IMG/VR virus record: IMGVR_UViG_3300021399_003927
Coordinates: 1 to 64,000 of that record
Length of the DNA: 64,000 nucleotides
Origin: a virus
Lineage: Duplodnaviria; Caudoviricetes
Direction: 5' to 3' (one strand)
Shown here: positions 1-11,755 of the stretch, piece by piece
How the letters are laid out: every line of letters begins with the position of its first letter
How positions within the stretch are numbered: position 1 is the stretch's first letter
The notes under the pieces: model-generated
The model's database searches: none
What the model saw: only the letters and a program-made list of their open reading frames with translations
What the model was told of the DNA's origin: nothing
Made by a program: the position numbers and the translations under genes

Positions 1-439
1 GCTTCTGCTCATCATCTTTTCCATTAAAGTAGTTCGGATTTAGCCACTTGATAATTGCAAGGATGCCTCCTTCAATGTCTTTATGTTCGCACCAATCGAA
101 ATAATTTTTCTTTGACCGCAATTCATCTAAAAACTTTGGCATCCAATCAGGAACAAGCTTTTGCTCACCTTGCTTTTCAAGCCATGCAACAATGTCATTT
201 CTGTTTATGCCTAAAAGGTAAGGACTATTCATTGCTGGGCCATAGAAATTGAAAGTGTCAATAAGTTTTTCTCGTATTTTCTCACCCTCGCTTTCCTCAT
301 TCTCTTTGAGTTCAGGAAAGACAGCTTCAAAACTATCTTTTCCGATTAACCCAACATTTATACTATTAACTATGTTTCTTGCTTTTGTTATAGCCTCGTC
401 ATAGCGTTTGGCTTTTTCTTCAATTGATAGTTCTTTCAT
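1..439 (-). CDS. Partial phage protein (runs off window start), FPEL / IxWLEKQGEQK family, paralogue of 3617..4435
   Basis: Manual translation from ATG at 439: MKELSIEEKAKRYDEAI...FPEL...IVAWLEKQGEQK, open to position 1. Confidence 0.75.
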   Translation of the reverse strand, partial: MKELSIEEKAKRYDEAITKARNIVNSINVGLIGKDSFEAVFPELKENEESEGEKIREKLIDTFNFYGPAMNSPYLLGINRNDIVAWLEKQGEQKLVPDWMPKFLDELRSKKNYFDWCEHKDIEGGILAIIKWLNPNYFNGKDDEQK

Positions 440-3400
440 TACTCTTTTACCTTTCTTAATTCTAATTCTTGTTCGAGTTCACTTGTAGTATAGTCTTCTA
501 ATCTCTTGATACGCACTTGTCTTACAACTTCATTCATAATAGCATCATCTATCAAACCTAAAATTGTCTGGTTATGAATATTATTATGTACTCTATCTTC
601 TTGTTCTATAGCCCAATTCAAAACTTCTTTGGCAGTAAGTAACTGCCCTACATCATAAGGGCAAGCATTCTTTTCGTAGTCCATATTTATTCTACTGTTA
701 CATAAATCTTATTATCAGCAGTATCTAACAACCAAGGTGTAATATACTTAATAGCCTCTTCCCTTGTTAAAGCAGATTTATCAATTTTCCACTTTTTTAT
801 TAACGGACTAAACAGCCCAACATCAAAATATATATCATATACCTCTGGTTCAGTTCCCTCTTCGTATGGCCCTCTTGCAAATCTTCTTGTAATTTTAATA
901 TTAGTCATAATCACAACATTTATTACTTTAATGCTTACAGTATTGCATTACACTATACCAAACTTCTTCTTTAAGTGCTATTTCGTCAGAACCATCATAC
1001 TTCCAATGATAAGACTCGTAGGAGTTTCTTTCTACTTTTTTGGAAAACATTCCGCAAGATTTACATTTTATTTCTGCCCAAAATGGTATAACAATAGAAT
1101 CACCACCACCTTTATGAAAGTTCATTTCTAAATCGCCTCCACAAACAGGACATTTTGCCAAAGCGATTTCTTTATTTAATTTTTCCTCACGTTCAGCATA
1201 TTGTAGCTGACGTTTAAGTAGTTCTTTATTAAGCATAATCACAAAAGTTTTAAAAATTAGGACAATTATGGCAATACATTAAATTTCCTTCGTGAGGACA
1301 GTTATCACAAGTATAAACTGTTTCAATCTTTTTAGGCTTAATATCTAGATTATCAAATTGACTGTTATTCATAATCACAACATTTTAAGTTCATGCAACT
1401 TTTCTATCATAGCCACACAAGCATCAACAGGATTGTCTTTTGTAATATCTGGTAAATCATTATTAACACGATAGGCTATTTCATCATACCTTATTGCAAA
1501 TTCATTTTCACTAATATCAATTGTTAAAACATTATAATGTTTAATTCGTTTAGGGATTACACCAAGCAATGCAGCAAGACTCCAACATGGGTAAAATATT
1601 CGTTTATCATCAAAATCAATATATTTACCTCTTACTTCTGGTGTATTTCTATATTCCCATTCTTTAGGATTAGTTATGCTTCGATGTCCTATAAAATACA
1701 TATCTGCACTTTCAATCGGCAGAATCTCAGCCAACTTGCGGCTTTGTTCTATATCTGTATAACTTTTAATTGTTGCCATAGTTATTTTTCAACTTTCTTT
1801 ATTACTTTCCCTTCATAAGTAATTTCGATACCATACCAGCCACCCTCGTAATAACTTAATGAAGCATCTAGTTTATCTGTATCAATTGTAATCGTTGCCA
1901 TAGTTATTTAAATTAAATTTTCAAGACAATACTTTATTGCCACTTCACATGCTTGTTCATACTTCCATTCTCCAGGGTAATTATAATCCTTATAGATTCT
2001 CCATAAATCTAAAGAAGAAATTTCTGGTTGATATTTCCCAGGTTTCCAAATCTGAAAACTATATAATTGATTTCCTTTATCCCAATTTAATTCTATATGG
2101 ATATTATGTTCAATTCTTAGCCACTTCATTGCCATTTGAAGGGTGATAGATGGTTGTGTATAGCCTTCTTTATCAAAGGTGGTATGAACTTCTTCATCAA
2201 ACCCTTTTTCTCTAAGAAGCCTATATACCTCTTGTGAACAGTAATCTTCAGTAATTGTTGGCATAGTTATTGTTATTTTATATTATACATTCCTTCAGGT
2301 GCTTCCAATGCAAGACCTTTCTCAATTAAATTGCGAATATCAAAGTGATGAGCAACAAGCCAATCTAATCTTTTGACATCAGAAATCATGCCTAGTTTTT
2401 TCAATAACTCCCATAATTCTTTCTTCTCTTCCTCAGTCATACTTGACATTGGACGAAGATACGGCTTAATTTCCTCTCCATAATAGCAACCACTAATTGT
2501 TATGTAAAAACTAGCATTATTGTTTCTTTCATTGAATTCATCAGAACAATCTTCTGGATATAATACACCAATACATTGATGTTGCTTGTCTAATTTTAAA
2601 TCTTTATCACCTGTGTTTATAACAATACCATAAGGCAATCTTGCGCTCAAATCCTTTAAAAGGAGTTCTTTATCTTCTAGTGTCATAATTCTCCTGCTTC
2701 TTCTAAAATATCTACCTCACTTGCATGTAACCTATACACCCTCATCTTTCTAAGAGTTTCTTGCCTTCTTTTTTCTCTCTCTTCTTGTGTCATAGCTTAT
2801 TCTCCTTTCTGCTCTAATCCAAGTAAATAAAAGTGTTTACCAATAGCATATTCCCAATTAAGAGGTTCTTCTTCTGTATTTTTTGTTTTGGAAGATGGCA
2901 ATGCGAAAATTGCATCCATTTCTTTTGCAAACCTTTGGAAGTCCAAGTCCACCTCTTTCACTTCAAGGGTGTCGAGTTTGCCTTTCAGTGCATATAAAGC
3001 ACCATTATTACCATCACGATAAGCACAATCATACTCTTCGTGGTGTCTACCTTTATCTAAAAGGTTCTCTATCTCCGCCACTACAGCGGATTTTGGTATG
3101 TATTGTGTCATAACTTACTTTTTAGTATAACAATCAAAAGGACATTTCAAACAAGGATATGGAACCTTTTCATCCATTATAGTATCTATTAAACCATATT
3201 TTTTATCCAATATTTCACAATGAGAAATAATTCTATCTAATGGCATTGGAAAGTCTTTCCAGTAATGTTTACAAGTCTTACATAAATCATTGTTCTTATT
3301 CTCTTTTTCCATACCATTACTCTCCTTTCATTGCTTTAATAAACTTATCAATAATTCCATCTATTATCTCGATACGATTCAGTCTGCCTTGGAACGCAAG

Positions 3401-3613
3401 ATTGTCTAACATGTCTTTTTTAATATAATCCGCAGTCTTCTTAATAAAGGCATCCTTGCGGATATATTCAGGGTCATGCTCACTAAGACTTTCTTCCGAC
3501 CAAGTTATTTCCCATGTTTTTGTTGCTTCATGGAAATCCTTATCTTTGGTTTCTACAACCTCTTGTGGTGTCATATTGAGGTTGAGGTAGATTTTTTCTG
3601 GTAGATTCTTCAT
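439..3613 (-). other. Run of small tightly packed hypothetical early genes (439-684, 687-914, 928-1242 with two CxxC pairs, 1375-1779, 1908-2264, 2273-2686, 2797-3111, 3115-3312, 3317-3613)
   Basis: Abutting minus-strand ORFs with short spacers; no function recognisable. Confidence 0.7.
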
Positions 3614-3616
3614 AAC

Positions 3617-4435
3617 TTATAATTTCTTTAATTGTTCTTCCAGCCTATTCAGTTCGTTATTAACAGTGCCAAGGTCAAAGCCTTTTTCGGATAATATATC
3701 AGCATATACTTCTTTACAGGTTTTTATCTGCTCTTCGGTTGGCTTCCACTGCTTCTGATGTCTAAGAGATTTGAGCCAATTATCGACTTGTTCTACAAAT
3801 TTTTCTTCTTCAGGAAAACCACAAGCAGAAGCTCTCATTGCACAAATACATTTTCTATATATTTCTTCATCCTCTTCACTCCACTTATTTTTAGGTTGGG
3901 GTTTGAGGGATTTGAGCCAATCTATCTCTCTACTATAGTCCTTATTAGCATTGCGAAGACAAGCCTTTATGTTGACAAACATTTTTATATCCTCTTCACT
4001 CCATTCTTGTTTTGGATGTACTCTGTCTTTGATGGAATGCAGCCAATTTTCATATTTTTCTATTTTTTTCCCACTTTCATTACTATACTCTAATGCTAAA
4101 CATATCCCTTCTACAATAATATTATCCACTTCACTCCACTCTACAAATTTCTGTTCACCTTGTTTTTCTTTTAGATAACAATTTTCTTTTACTAATCTAC
4201 CTATTTCAACATAAGTTTTTTGCAATTCTGTGGTAAGATTACCTTGCTTTTCAAGCCAAGCAATCCAATCTTTATGATACGTTCCAGTCTTAATATAAGC
4301 AATAATTTCTTTCTTTATCCTCACATCCTCAATCTCTGCAAGTTCAGGGAATAGACTTTCTAGCACATAACGCTGGTCTGCATTTGCATCTTTGTAGAGC
4401 CTTTTGGCTTCTTCCAATTTTTTTTCTTGTTTCAT
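3617..4435 (-). CDS. Phage protein with repeated WSEED..WL.SL modules
   Basis: Internal repeats WSEVD/WSEED/WSEED/WKPTEEQ; start MKQEKK chosen just downstream of the promoter at 4452-4487. Confidence 0.75.
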   Translation of the reverse strand: MKQEKKLEEAKRLYKDANADQRYVLESLFPELAEIEDVRIKKEIIAYIKTGTYHKDWIAWLEKQGNLTTELQKTYVEIGRLVKENCYLKEKQGEQKFVEWSEVDNIIVEGICLALEYSNESGKKIEKYENWLHSIKDRVHPKQEWSEEDIKMFVNIKACLRNANKDYSREIDWLKSLKPQPKNKWSEEDEEIYRKCICAMRASACGFPEEEKFVEQVDNWLKSLRHQKQWKPTEEQIKTCKEVYADILSEKGFDLGTVNNELNRLEEQLKKL

Positions 4436-4536
4436 AACATCAATATTTTTTTGCAAATATACGAAAAAAAATTGATATAACAAAGCATTATACCAATTTT
4501 TAACATTTTTTACTCTTTCAAGTGCTTCTGTGTAAT

Positions 4537-4953
4537 TTAAAGTTTAATTACCATTGTCGGAAACATGCAGTATTCTCCTGTTTTAGCCCTGTCAAGTAGG
4601 ATAAATCCCTCTGACTGATAGAACTCAACGAGTTGACGGTCTGAGAGGTTTCCCCAAGATGCTCTTGAGACGCATAAGGTTATTATGCAGTTATGGTGCA
4701 TTTCCTTAACGTGTTGGAGCATTTTTCTTCCGTAGCCACGTCCTTGCAGCAGCTTATTTGTTCCAAAGGAGTGAAAATATAGCATTTTTGTTGGAATGTT
4801 ATTTCCATATATTTCCTTGGCCATTTTAGTTATCCACCCAAGACTGTATGCTCCGATTGGGCTGACCGTTGCTTCTGTTACGAATGGTATTCCGTCTTCT
4901 ATTATGTTGTAGCAAACAGAACCATTCTTGTAATGTGTTTCTTCAAACTTCAT
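4537..4953 (-). CDS. GNAT-family acetyltransferase
   Basis: Acetyl-CoA motif QGRGYGRKML and C-terminal LVEFYQSEGF. Confidence 0.75.
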   Translation of the reverse strand: MKFEETHYKNGSVCYNIIEDGIPFVTEATVSPIGAYSLGWITKMAKEIYGNNIPTKMLYFHSFGTNKLLQGRGYGRKMLQHVKEMHHNCIITLCVSRASWGNLSDRQLVEFYQSEGFILLDRAKTGEYCMFPTMVIKL

Positions 4954-5461
4954 AATTTTCTAACAGATTACTTTTATTATTGTTGTGCTTATTAAGTGTA
5001 TTTGTTACCATATTAAGCACACCTTGGGTGGCCTTATATGCTGTGTCTATGAGGTTCAGAACTTCCTTGAACTTCGTCTCATTTGACTTATGGTGTCCGA
5101 AAAGAATGTCCTTTGAATTTGATATAACTGCCCTAAAAGGTCTCATGAGTGATGGGAACATTATAAGGTATGGCTTGCAGAATGTAATGAACTCCTTAAT
5201 TTCATTATCTTTCCCATTCTTTGACCTTTTCTTGCGTGGCCAATAGTCTATGATGATGTCAAAGTCATTTTCAACCATTAGGTCTCTCTTGTCAATTGAA
5301 TCTAGGTAGTCAATGACTTGTGATTCAATGGGCGTCCTAGGAAGCTTAACCCCATTGAACATATGTTCTGGGATTTCCTCAAACCTTGGATGTTCGATTT
5401 CAAGAGTCTTATATCTGACCTTTCTATCGCTTAACACCTTGAATGTGATTTCCGTTTTCAT
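4943..5461 (-). CDS. Hypothetical protein
   Basis: ORF starting MKTEITF directly below the promoter at 5479. Confidence 0.65.
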   Translation of the reverse strand: MKTEITFKVLSDRKVRYKTLEIEHPRFEEIPEHMFNGVKLPRTPIESQVIDYLDSIDKRDLMVENDFDIIIDYWPRKKRSKNGKDNEIKEFITFCKPYLIMFPSLMRPFRAVISNSKDILFGHHKSNETKFKEVLNLIDTAYKATQGVLNMVTNTLNKHNNNKSNLLENYEV

Positions 5462-5512
5462 GTTTTTTGCTATTTTTTTGCAAATATACGACAAATAGTT
5501 TAAATAACCAAA

Positions 5513-5521
5513 TATTTATTA
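5513..5521 (+). promoter_or_regulatory. Putative late promoter TATTTATTA
   Basis: Same motif precedes all four plus-strand genes (5513, 8260, 9577, 10832). Confidence 0.5.
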
Positions 5522-5538
5522 CTAAATAAAAGTTAATT

Positions 5539-8181
5539 ATGATGGAATATATTATAGATGGGGGTGGCGGTGAGTATGGTTTTTCATATGGCGTAACCGC
5601 TTCATGTTCAAACACTGCTGTGACTTGGACTGCAACTCAAACATCTGCCAATTGGTTCACTTGGACTGCTAGCAATGGTATGTTGAGAGTTTCTTGTGAA
5701 GAAGCCCAAGGCGAAGCTGATAAGAGCATTACTTTAACCCCAAGTGTTAATGGCAATAGTTGTAGCAGTAAGATTATTAGGATTACTCAAAGGGGTATAT
5801 CTCCTTGCACATGTGACAACTTTAGTTACTTGGGTATTGCTGCGTTCTTTGAAGTAAGCGGTGCTACTAGAGGAACTGTTGTAGGTCACTACACGTTTGA
5901 TGATGATGAATGTCCAGCAAGTTCAATTTCGTTCAATAGTGTGACATATATATTTGATGAAACCATCCAAGACTACATAGTGGCTCCTGACCAATATGAT
6001 ATTTCATTGGGTGCTTCAGATGGTGATATTACTTTGCTTACCGATATTGGCGAGAATGAGGATACTCATGTAAGAAAATTCGTTATTAGTGTTAGCTATG
6101 GAAATGAAACTTGTGGTAGCGGTTATGAATTGATTCAAGACGGTGCTGAAGAGCAGTGCGATTGCACAACAGCTTTGGACTACTATCTTACATCATTGGT
6201 GAGAACATTCCCATACATCGGAAATACTGAAGAAATCATTGCTAGTGCTGTGACAACTTGTGGTGAGATTGTTGCTATGGCAAACTGTAGCGGTTTCTTT
6301 ACTGACCCAAGTTATCCAGTGGCTGTAAAGAATGGTAATACAATTTTGTTCAAGGCACAAGTTGCTGATGACCCTACTAGTGGGGGTGTGAGTTCTTGTG
6401 GCGTTACCTTCCAATTCAAGGGTGGTGGTGTAACTGGTGAGACTGCAATCCAATGTTCTAGACAAATGGTTTTACAGAGATATGATTATTTTTGCAGATG
6501 TGATAAAATGACTATTAATGAGGCGTTTGATAGATGGATGGATTCTCATTATTATCATGAGTATTTGTTTAGAGACGGATATTATTATAAAGAAAATACA
6601 TGTTACATTGGAACATTTAGTTTTGCGTTTTCAAGTGATGGTGGAACCTCTTCTAAAAAAAAATATGAATGTTTTAACGTTGAAATAACAGATGTTAAAG
6701 TAGATGGTGTTTCTATTCCTTTTGTGAACACATATCCTGAAAGCGGTGCTGGACTGTGTGTATCCACTAGTAAATCAATGTGGAGAGATGGAGACTTATA
6801 TTTTTTAAGTGAAAAATACGTTGATATATATAATACTTCTGATTATTTTTGCTCATTAGATAAAAGACAGGAATATGTAAGTGTTGACGTATATGGATAT
6901 ATAGTTGCCGATGGCAAATGGATTAGAAATGGAAACGAGTATTATTTCGAGGGTGGTACTAAATGTGAAGAGGATGTTCTTCATCTTAGATATTATAGGA
7001 ATTTAGGATATACAAGTTGTACACAAGTTCAATCAAATATAGTAGTAAGTACGCCTGGTGCTTATGACGATTATGAAAAAGTTAATGGTGTAACTTCCAA
7101 GATTGAATATAATTTAGCTAACGGAGATATTATTACTTTAGATGGTGATTTTGGGTGTTCATGTGGAAACAGTGCTGAATTACAAATAGTAGATAATGGT
7201 GGTTTCTTAGTGTCTGATTATGAAGAAGGCGGTATAGGAAAATTGCGTATATACGATGGCAAGATTGACGCATCTATAAGTGCTACAAACACCTCTAATT
7301 CTACTAGAACTGCAACTTTAAAACTTGTATATCCAACTGAAACAACGAATTGTGAAAAACTTTTCTATGTTATACAAGATTATTTCCATAGTGAAGATTG
7401 TATAGATTGTTTTAATTGGTCTAATAGTCATCATATAAGTGACAGATACAGCCCAGATTATCCTTATTCTAAGATTGGAGAGACAGCTTATATTACTCTT
7501 TATTATAAGTGGCCTTATCCAGATTGTGTTGGTCATTTCAATTTTGGTACGCCTACTGCTGTAACTCTTTCACATTGTGATGATGGCAGTAATTGCGAGT
7601 GGATTGATAGTAGTTCTATAGCTTTTAGTAGCAAGACTTCAAGTGACGGATTAACTTTTAAAATTGAAATTTCTGTTAACATTGATACATATTATTCATC
7701 TAGTTCAGCTGACAGTAGAGCTGGATACTTTGAAATAGCAATGAGTGATGACAGTGATTTGGCTAGTTGTTTTCCAGAAAGAACTGCATATTTCTACCAA
7801 TATGCTACTGCTCCAACAGCATGTACATGTGGTAGCCTCTCATCTGTTGGGCGCATAAGTAATGCATATATGAATTCCAACGGAGAATTCCAAAGCATTG
7901 GAACAGATAATAATTTAGTAAATATCGGAGAATTCTCTGTTAGTAATGTTAGTTGTATGGATATAATAGTATCATCTAACCAAAGTCAGTATTTAAGTGG
8001 CTTAACTTATTCAAGGTATTCTCAGTCAATTACTGTTGACAGATATTACATTAAAGCGATAGTTTTACCAAACAATACTGGACAGCCTTATAACTTTACA
8101 ATTGATATTAACATTAAGCTAACAACTGATGGGTCTTCATGTGGTGGACAAAATCTAAGTTATAGTGTGCTACCTACATAA
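5539..8181 (+). CDS. Cys-rich beta-repeat (BACON/Ig-like) protein, probably virion-associated
   Basis: 880 aa, Ser/Thr/Gly/Cys rich, ~100-aa modules ending in xQxxxxCxC; N-terminus similar to 8295..9494. Confidence 0.55.
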   Translation: MMEYIIDGGGGEYGFSYGVTASCSNTAVTWTATQTSANWFTWTASNGMLRVSCEEAQGEADKSITLTPSVNGNSCSSKIIRITQRGISPCTCDNFSYLGIAAFFEVSGATRGTVVGHYTFDDDECPASSISFNSVTYIFDETIQDYIVAPDQYDISLGASDGDITLLTDIGENEDTHVRKFVISVSYGNETCGSGYELIQDGAEEQCDCTTALDYYLTSLVRTFPYIGNTEEIIASAVTTCGEIVAMANCSGFFTDPSYPVAVKNGNTILFKAQVADDPTSGGVSSCGVTFQFKGGGVTGETAIQCSRQMVLQRYDYFCRCDKMTINEAFDRWMDSHYYHEYLFRDGYYYKENTCYIGTFSFAFSSDGGTSSKKKYECFNVEITDVKVDGVSIPFVNTYPESGAGLCVSTSKSMWRDGDLYFLSEKYVDIYNTSDYFCSLDKRQEYVSVDVYGYIVADGKWIRNGNEYYFEGGTKCEEDVLHLRYYRNLGYTSCTQVQSNIVVSTPGAYDDYEKVNGVTSKIEYNLANGDIITLDGDFGCSCGNSAELQIVDNGGFLVSDYEEGGIGKLRIYDGKIDASISATNTSNSTRTATLKLVYPTETTNCEKLFYVIQDYFHSEDCIDCFNWSNSHHISDRYSPDYPYSKIGETAYITLYYKWPYPDCVGHFNFGTPTAVTLSHCDDGSNCEWIDSSSIAFSSKTSSDGLTFKIEISVNIDTYYSSSSADSRAGYFEIAMSDDSDLASCFPERTAYFYQYATAPTACTCGSLSSVGRISNAYMNSNGEFQSIGTDNNLVNIGEFSVSNVSCMDIIVSSNQSQYLSGLTYSRYSQSITVDRYYIKAIVLPNNTGQPYNFTIDINIKLTTDGSSCGGQNLSYSVLPT

Positions 8182-8195
8182 TAAGTTTACAACAA

Positions 8196-8226
8196 AGGAG
8201 CAATCAGAAATGGTTGCTCTTTTTTT
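8196..8226 (+). terminator. Intrinsic terminator
   Basis: GAGCAATC-agaaat-GGTTGCTC followed by T-run. Confidence 0.8.
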
Positions 8227-8294
8227 GTTTATATGTTGCAACAGTTAGGTTTATCCGAATATTTATTAATAATAAAAGTTAAATATAATAAGAT

Positions 8295-9494
8295 ATGAAG
8301 CAATATTACATAAGTAGAACTGGAGGAGAGATACGTTTTTCCTATACTCCTTCTAGCACGGTAAGTTGGACTGTTATTTCTGAAACTCCTACTAGTGGAT
8401 GGTTTACCACTGGAGCAACTAGTGGTGTGCTTTCAATTCGTTGTGGGGAAGCTGTTGGAACTGACAGCAGAAGCATAGAGTTGAGATACACTGTAAATGG
8501 TGTGCAATGTAACAGTATTAAAATAATTCAGAATGGTGCTAACGTTCCTTGTTCTTGTTCCAACATGCCTTTAACTTGGTCTGTTGACACAAGCACTTTC
8601 AGCAGTCTTCCTAGTGAAGGTACTACATTCTACGCAACGTATGACAATTCACAATGTACCAATGGTAATGTATCATTTGAGAAAAAATACAATAAAAGTT
8701 GGTGGACAATTGATGACAGTGTTGACGGTAGAGTTACTGTTACAATCAATGATGTTGGTACTAGAAGCGGTGATGAGTTATTTGACAATATCATCTATAA
8801 GATAAATGGTGGGGAACCAGCTTGTGAGGACACCCAATTCAGACAGAGGAGCTGGTGTAGTCACTTAACAGCATTTGGTTCATCATTATCGACTAATATT
8901 CCTCAAAGTGGAATGACTAGTGGAACTCAAATTGGTACTTGGTCTCTTGATTCTAGTACATATAACAATAAATTGACCGTTTCATCACCAACTTTGCAAG
9001 TGACCTATACAAATGGCAGTATTAAACTGAATCAAGCAATTCCAGCTAACACTGCTAATACAACGATTAGTTACGTCATAAACGCATATATGACAGGAGG
9101 TACAACTCCTTGTAGTAGTTTTACGCTTGTTCAAGACAGTCTCACTTGTTCATGTGCTGACTTGATGATAACATCTGACATAAGTGGTAACATATCTGCT
9201 GAAAATGGACTAGCTGCTGACACACAGATTGGACATTATGACTATTTTGGAGATAGTGAATGTCTGAACGAAATAATAATCACTTCATCTACTCTTGATG
9301 TATATGTTGACAGCAGTAGGAAAATTAAATTAAGAACTGCAATACCAGCTAATGGTGAAACTACAGCTAAGACGTTTACAGTTAATGCTTATCTAGGAAG
9401 CACTGCAACCACAGCATGTGGTAGCTTCACACTTACTCAAGATGCATTACCAGATTGCGGATGTGATGATTTAGTAATAGCAAAACAAACTTAA
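8295..9494 (+). CDS. Cys-rich beta-repeat protein, paralogue of 5539..8181
   Basis: Y.I...GGE..FSY start; duplicated module (TQIG...IKL..AIPAN...C.SFTL.QD...C.C). Confidence 0.6.
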   Translation: MKQYYISRTGGEIRFSYTPSSTVSWTVISETPTSGWFTTGATSGVLSIRCGEAVGTDSRSIELRYTVNGVQCNSIKIIQNGANVPCSCSNMPLTWSVDTSTFSSLPSEGTTFYATYDNSQCTNGNVSFEKKYNKSWWTIDDSVDGRVTVTINDVGTRSGDELFDNIIYKINGGEPACEDTQFRQRSWCSHLTAFGSSLSTNIPQSGMTSGTQIGTWSLDSSTYNNKLTVSSPTLQVTYTNGSIKLNQAIPANTANTTISYVINAYMTGGTTPCSSFTLVQDSLTCSCADLMITSDISGNISAENGLAADTQIGHYDYFGDSECLNEIIITSSTLDVYVDSSRKIKLRTAIPANGETTAKTFTVNAYLGSTATTACGSFTLTQDALPDCGCDDLVIAKQT

Positions 9495-9510
9495 TATAAG
9501 ATTTAAACTA

Positions 9511-9544
9511 AAAGGGTAAGTATTTTTATTTACCCTTTTTTTTT
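9511..9544 (+). terminator. Intrinsic terminator
   Basis: AAAGGGTAAG...TTTACCCTTT plus T-run. Confidence 0.75.
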
Positions 9545-9605
9545 ATTCATATGGGTAAATACTTGAAGCAAAAAACTATTTATAAATAATAATGTTTATT
9601 GGGTA

Positions 9606-10778
9606 ATGAAAAAGGTACACATATTAGAAAAGCAAATATTAGAGAGTCAAATGGTTTTAGATTATTCGCCACGTGCAGGTACTGACGACCCTTGTTTCTA
9701 TGACAAAAAAAGTGATACTTGGTATGAAGCAAGTTGGAATGGAGACTACGGTTTTCCATTCGGATACTGGCCAGTTGATTATGGCGGTTATGAAATGATG
9801 TTTTGTGTGGGTGATGCTTGGACAACTCATGCCAACGCATGTGGTAAGGCTGCTGAAAGGTATTTCATCAACACAAAAAGAGAGGGGATTCAAGAAGATG
9901 CTTATAACCTTGAAGAAAAACTGTCTGAACTTGTGTCTGACATGAGGGCATATGGGTATACCTACAACGAAGAGACTGACACTTATGTTTCTGAAGATGG
10001 CAGCGATGAGTTTTGCCTTGATGACAAAATAAATGAGATTGAGGATGGCATATACAACATTGGCTATGAGTACATAAGGGAACTTGTTGAGTATGCCATT
10101 GAGCACTTGGAGCATCATAGTGCATCTGAGATTGAGGAGCATGAACTAGCGAATTATAGCAATGGTTATGACTTTACCACTAAAGAAGGTATTAACGAGG
10201 CTATGGAAGATATTGGAAGTAATTTCTATACATATTTCGAGAGTGGCTACGGTGAAGGTAGAATATGGCCTAGAAATGGTATGATTGGTTTCTATCCTAC
10301 GGAGCAGCCAGACCCAGATACATTGGAAGGTATATTAAGGGATTTAAGTCAAAATGATGACATAGGTGTGACTTATGAGCAACTCCTTGATTTCTTTATC
10401 ATATTTGAAGACGGAGACAACAATTGGGAGACCACTGGTTGTACTGTCCTTGATTATATGAATGGTAATTATGGTATTGATTATGATGACGATGAGTATG
10501 ACAACGATAAAGAGGAAGCTGAAAGTGAAATGCAATATGCAAGACCAGAAAAGACTGTATTTATTCCTCACCTAGCTAACCAACAGCAAAAGAGAGAATA
10601 TTTCCAAGACTTTAGGAACACTAGGGATAAGGCTGTATATACACCTCGTGAGCGTGCCGCTGGTAATCTTGCCGCTTATCATGCAATGCGTTATCCTTAT
10701 GGTGAAAATATAGATAGAAGAATAAATAAAATAATAAAAGAAGAAATAAATAAATTAAGGGAACAATATACTTGTTGA
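9606..10778 (+). CDS. Acidic hypothetical protein, possibly virion/late
   Basis: 390 aa Asp/Glu-rich, C-terminal INKIIKEEINKL helix; own putative late motif and terminator. Confidence 0.6.
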   Translation: MKKVHILEKQILESQMVLDYSPRAGTDDPCFYDKKSDTWYEASWNGDYGFPFGYWPVDYGGYEMMFCVGDAWTTHANACGKAAERYFINTKREGIQEDAYNLEEKLSELVSDMRAYGYTYNEETDTYVSEDGSDEFCLDDKINEIEDGIYNIGYEYIRELVEYAIEHLEHHSASEIEEHELANYSNGYDFTTKEGINEAMEDIGSNFYTYFESGYGEGRIWPRNGMIGFYPTEQPDPDTLEGILRDLSQNDDIGVTYEQLLDFFIIFEDGDNNWETTGCTVLDYMNGNYGIDYDDDEYDNDKEEAESEMQYARPEKTVFIPHLANQQQKREYFQDFRNTRDKAVYTPRERAAGNLAAYHAMRYPYGENIDRRINKIIKEEINKLREQYTC

Positions 10779-10780
10779 TA

Positions 10781-10818
10781 CAAAATGAGGAATTGTAATA
10801 CGCAGTTCCTCATTTTTT
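10781..10818 (+). terminator. Intrinsic terminator
   Basis: AAAATGAGGAATTG...CAGTTCCTCATTTT. Confidence 0.8.
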
Positions 10819-10884
10819 ATTTCCCTACAGATATTTATTACTATATAAGAATAATAACTTTAAAACTAAAGTAATATAACAATT

Positions 10885-11697
10885 ATGAGTTTGTTTCTAA
10901 AACTATTCAACACCACGGCAGAGTATAATGCTTACACTGCTGATACAAGTAATTTCATACTGCCTAATGTGTCTTTGATAGAAGAAAATATGGGTGTGTG
11001 TTATAATCCAATACAACTTGAAACAAAGGTTGTAGCAAAGTTCAATGTAACTGATACAAGCAATCCAACACAAATTATAAGTCAGCATGCAGGTTCACCA
11101 TTCAGTGAGATTGAGATTGATGGTGTTGAACAACCAAGTGTGACTAGTACATATACATTTGGTACTCTTGGTGAACATACGGTTAAGTATACATTAACAG
11201 ACCCAACAAGTATTTATGATAATGCTTTCTGGGATTGTAGCGGTCTTACAAGTATAAACATACCTGATAGTGTTGCAACTATTGGCAATAGTGCTTTCAG
11301 TAATTGTAGTGCCCTTACAAGTTGTACCATAGGTAGTGGCGTTATAAGTATTGGTGATTGGGCTTTATATGGTTGTAGTGGCTTAACAAATATAGACATC
11401 CCAAGTGGTGTTACAAGTATTGGTATGGGTGCTTTCCAACAATGTAGTGGTCTTACAAGTATAAACATCCCAAGTGGTGTTACAAGTATTGGTAATCAAG
11501 CTTTCTATATTTGTACTAGTTTAACAAGCATAGTATCTAATGCTATGACAGCACCTACAATACAAAATAGTACATTCCGTGGTGTGAAGACAGGTGGTAC
11601 ATTAACAGTGCCAAGTGGTAGCAGTGGTTATGACACTTGGATGCAGAATGCCAACTACTATTTGGGATTGTATAATTGGACTAAGGTAGAACAATAA
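10885..11697 (+). CDS. BspA-type leucine-rich repeat (LRR_5) protein
   Basis: Tandem 23-aa repeats C.GLTSINIP.GVTSIG..AF. Confidence 0.9.
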   Translation: MSLFLKLFNTTAEYNAYTADTSNFILPNVSLIEENMGVCYNPIQLETKVVAKFNVTDTSNPTQIISQHAGSPFSEIEIDGVEQPSVTSTYTFGTLGEHTVKYTLTDPTSIYDNAFWDCSGLTSINIPDSVATIGNSAFSNCSALTSCTIGSGVISIGDWALYGCSGLTNIDIPSGVTSIGMGAFQQCSGLTSINIPSGVTSIGNQAFYICTSLTSIVSNAMTAPTIQNSTFRGVKTGGTLTVPSGSSGYDTWMQNANYYLGLYNWTKVEQ

Positions 11698-11755
11698 AAC
11701 ATAACAAAGAGAACAATCAGCGTTGCCGAAGTTTTTATTCTTTCGGCAGCATAAA

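Noticed and set aside
11230-11530. DNA tandem repeats as a DGR template/variable pair
   Set aside because: Explained by 23-aa LRR coding repeats; no reverse transcriptase or adenine-specific pattern seen
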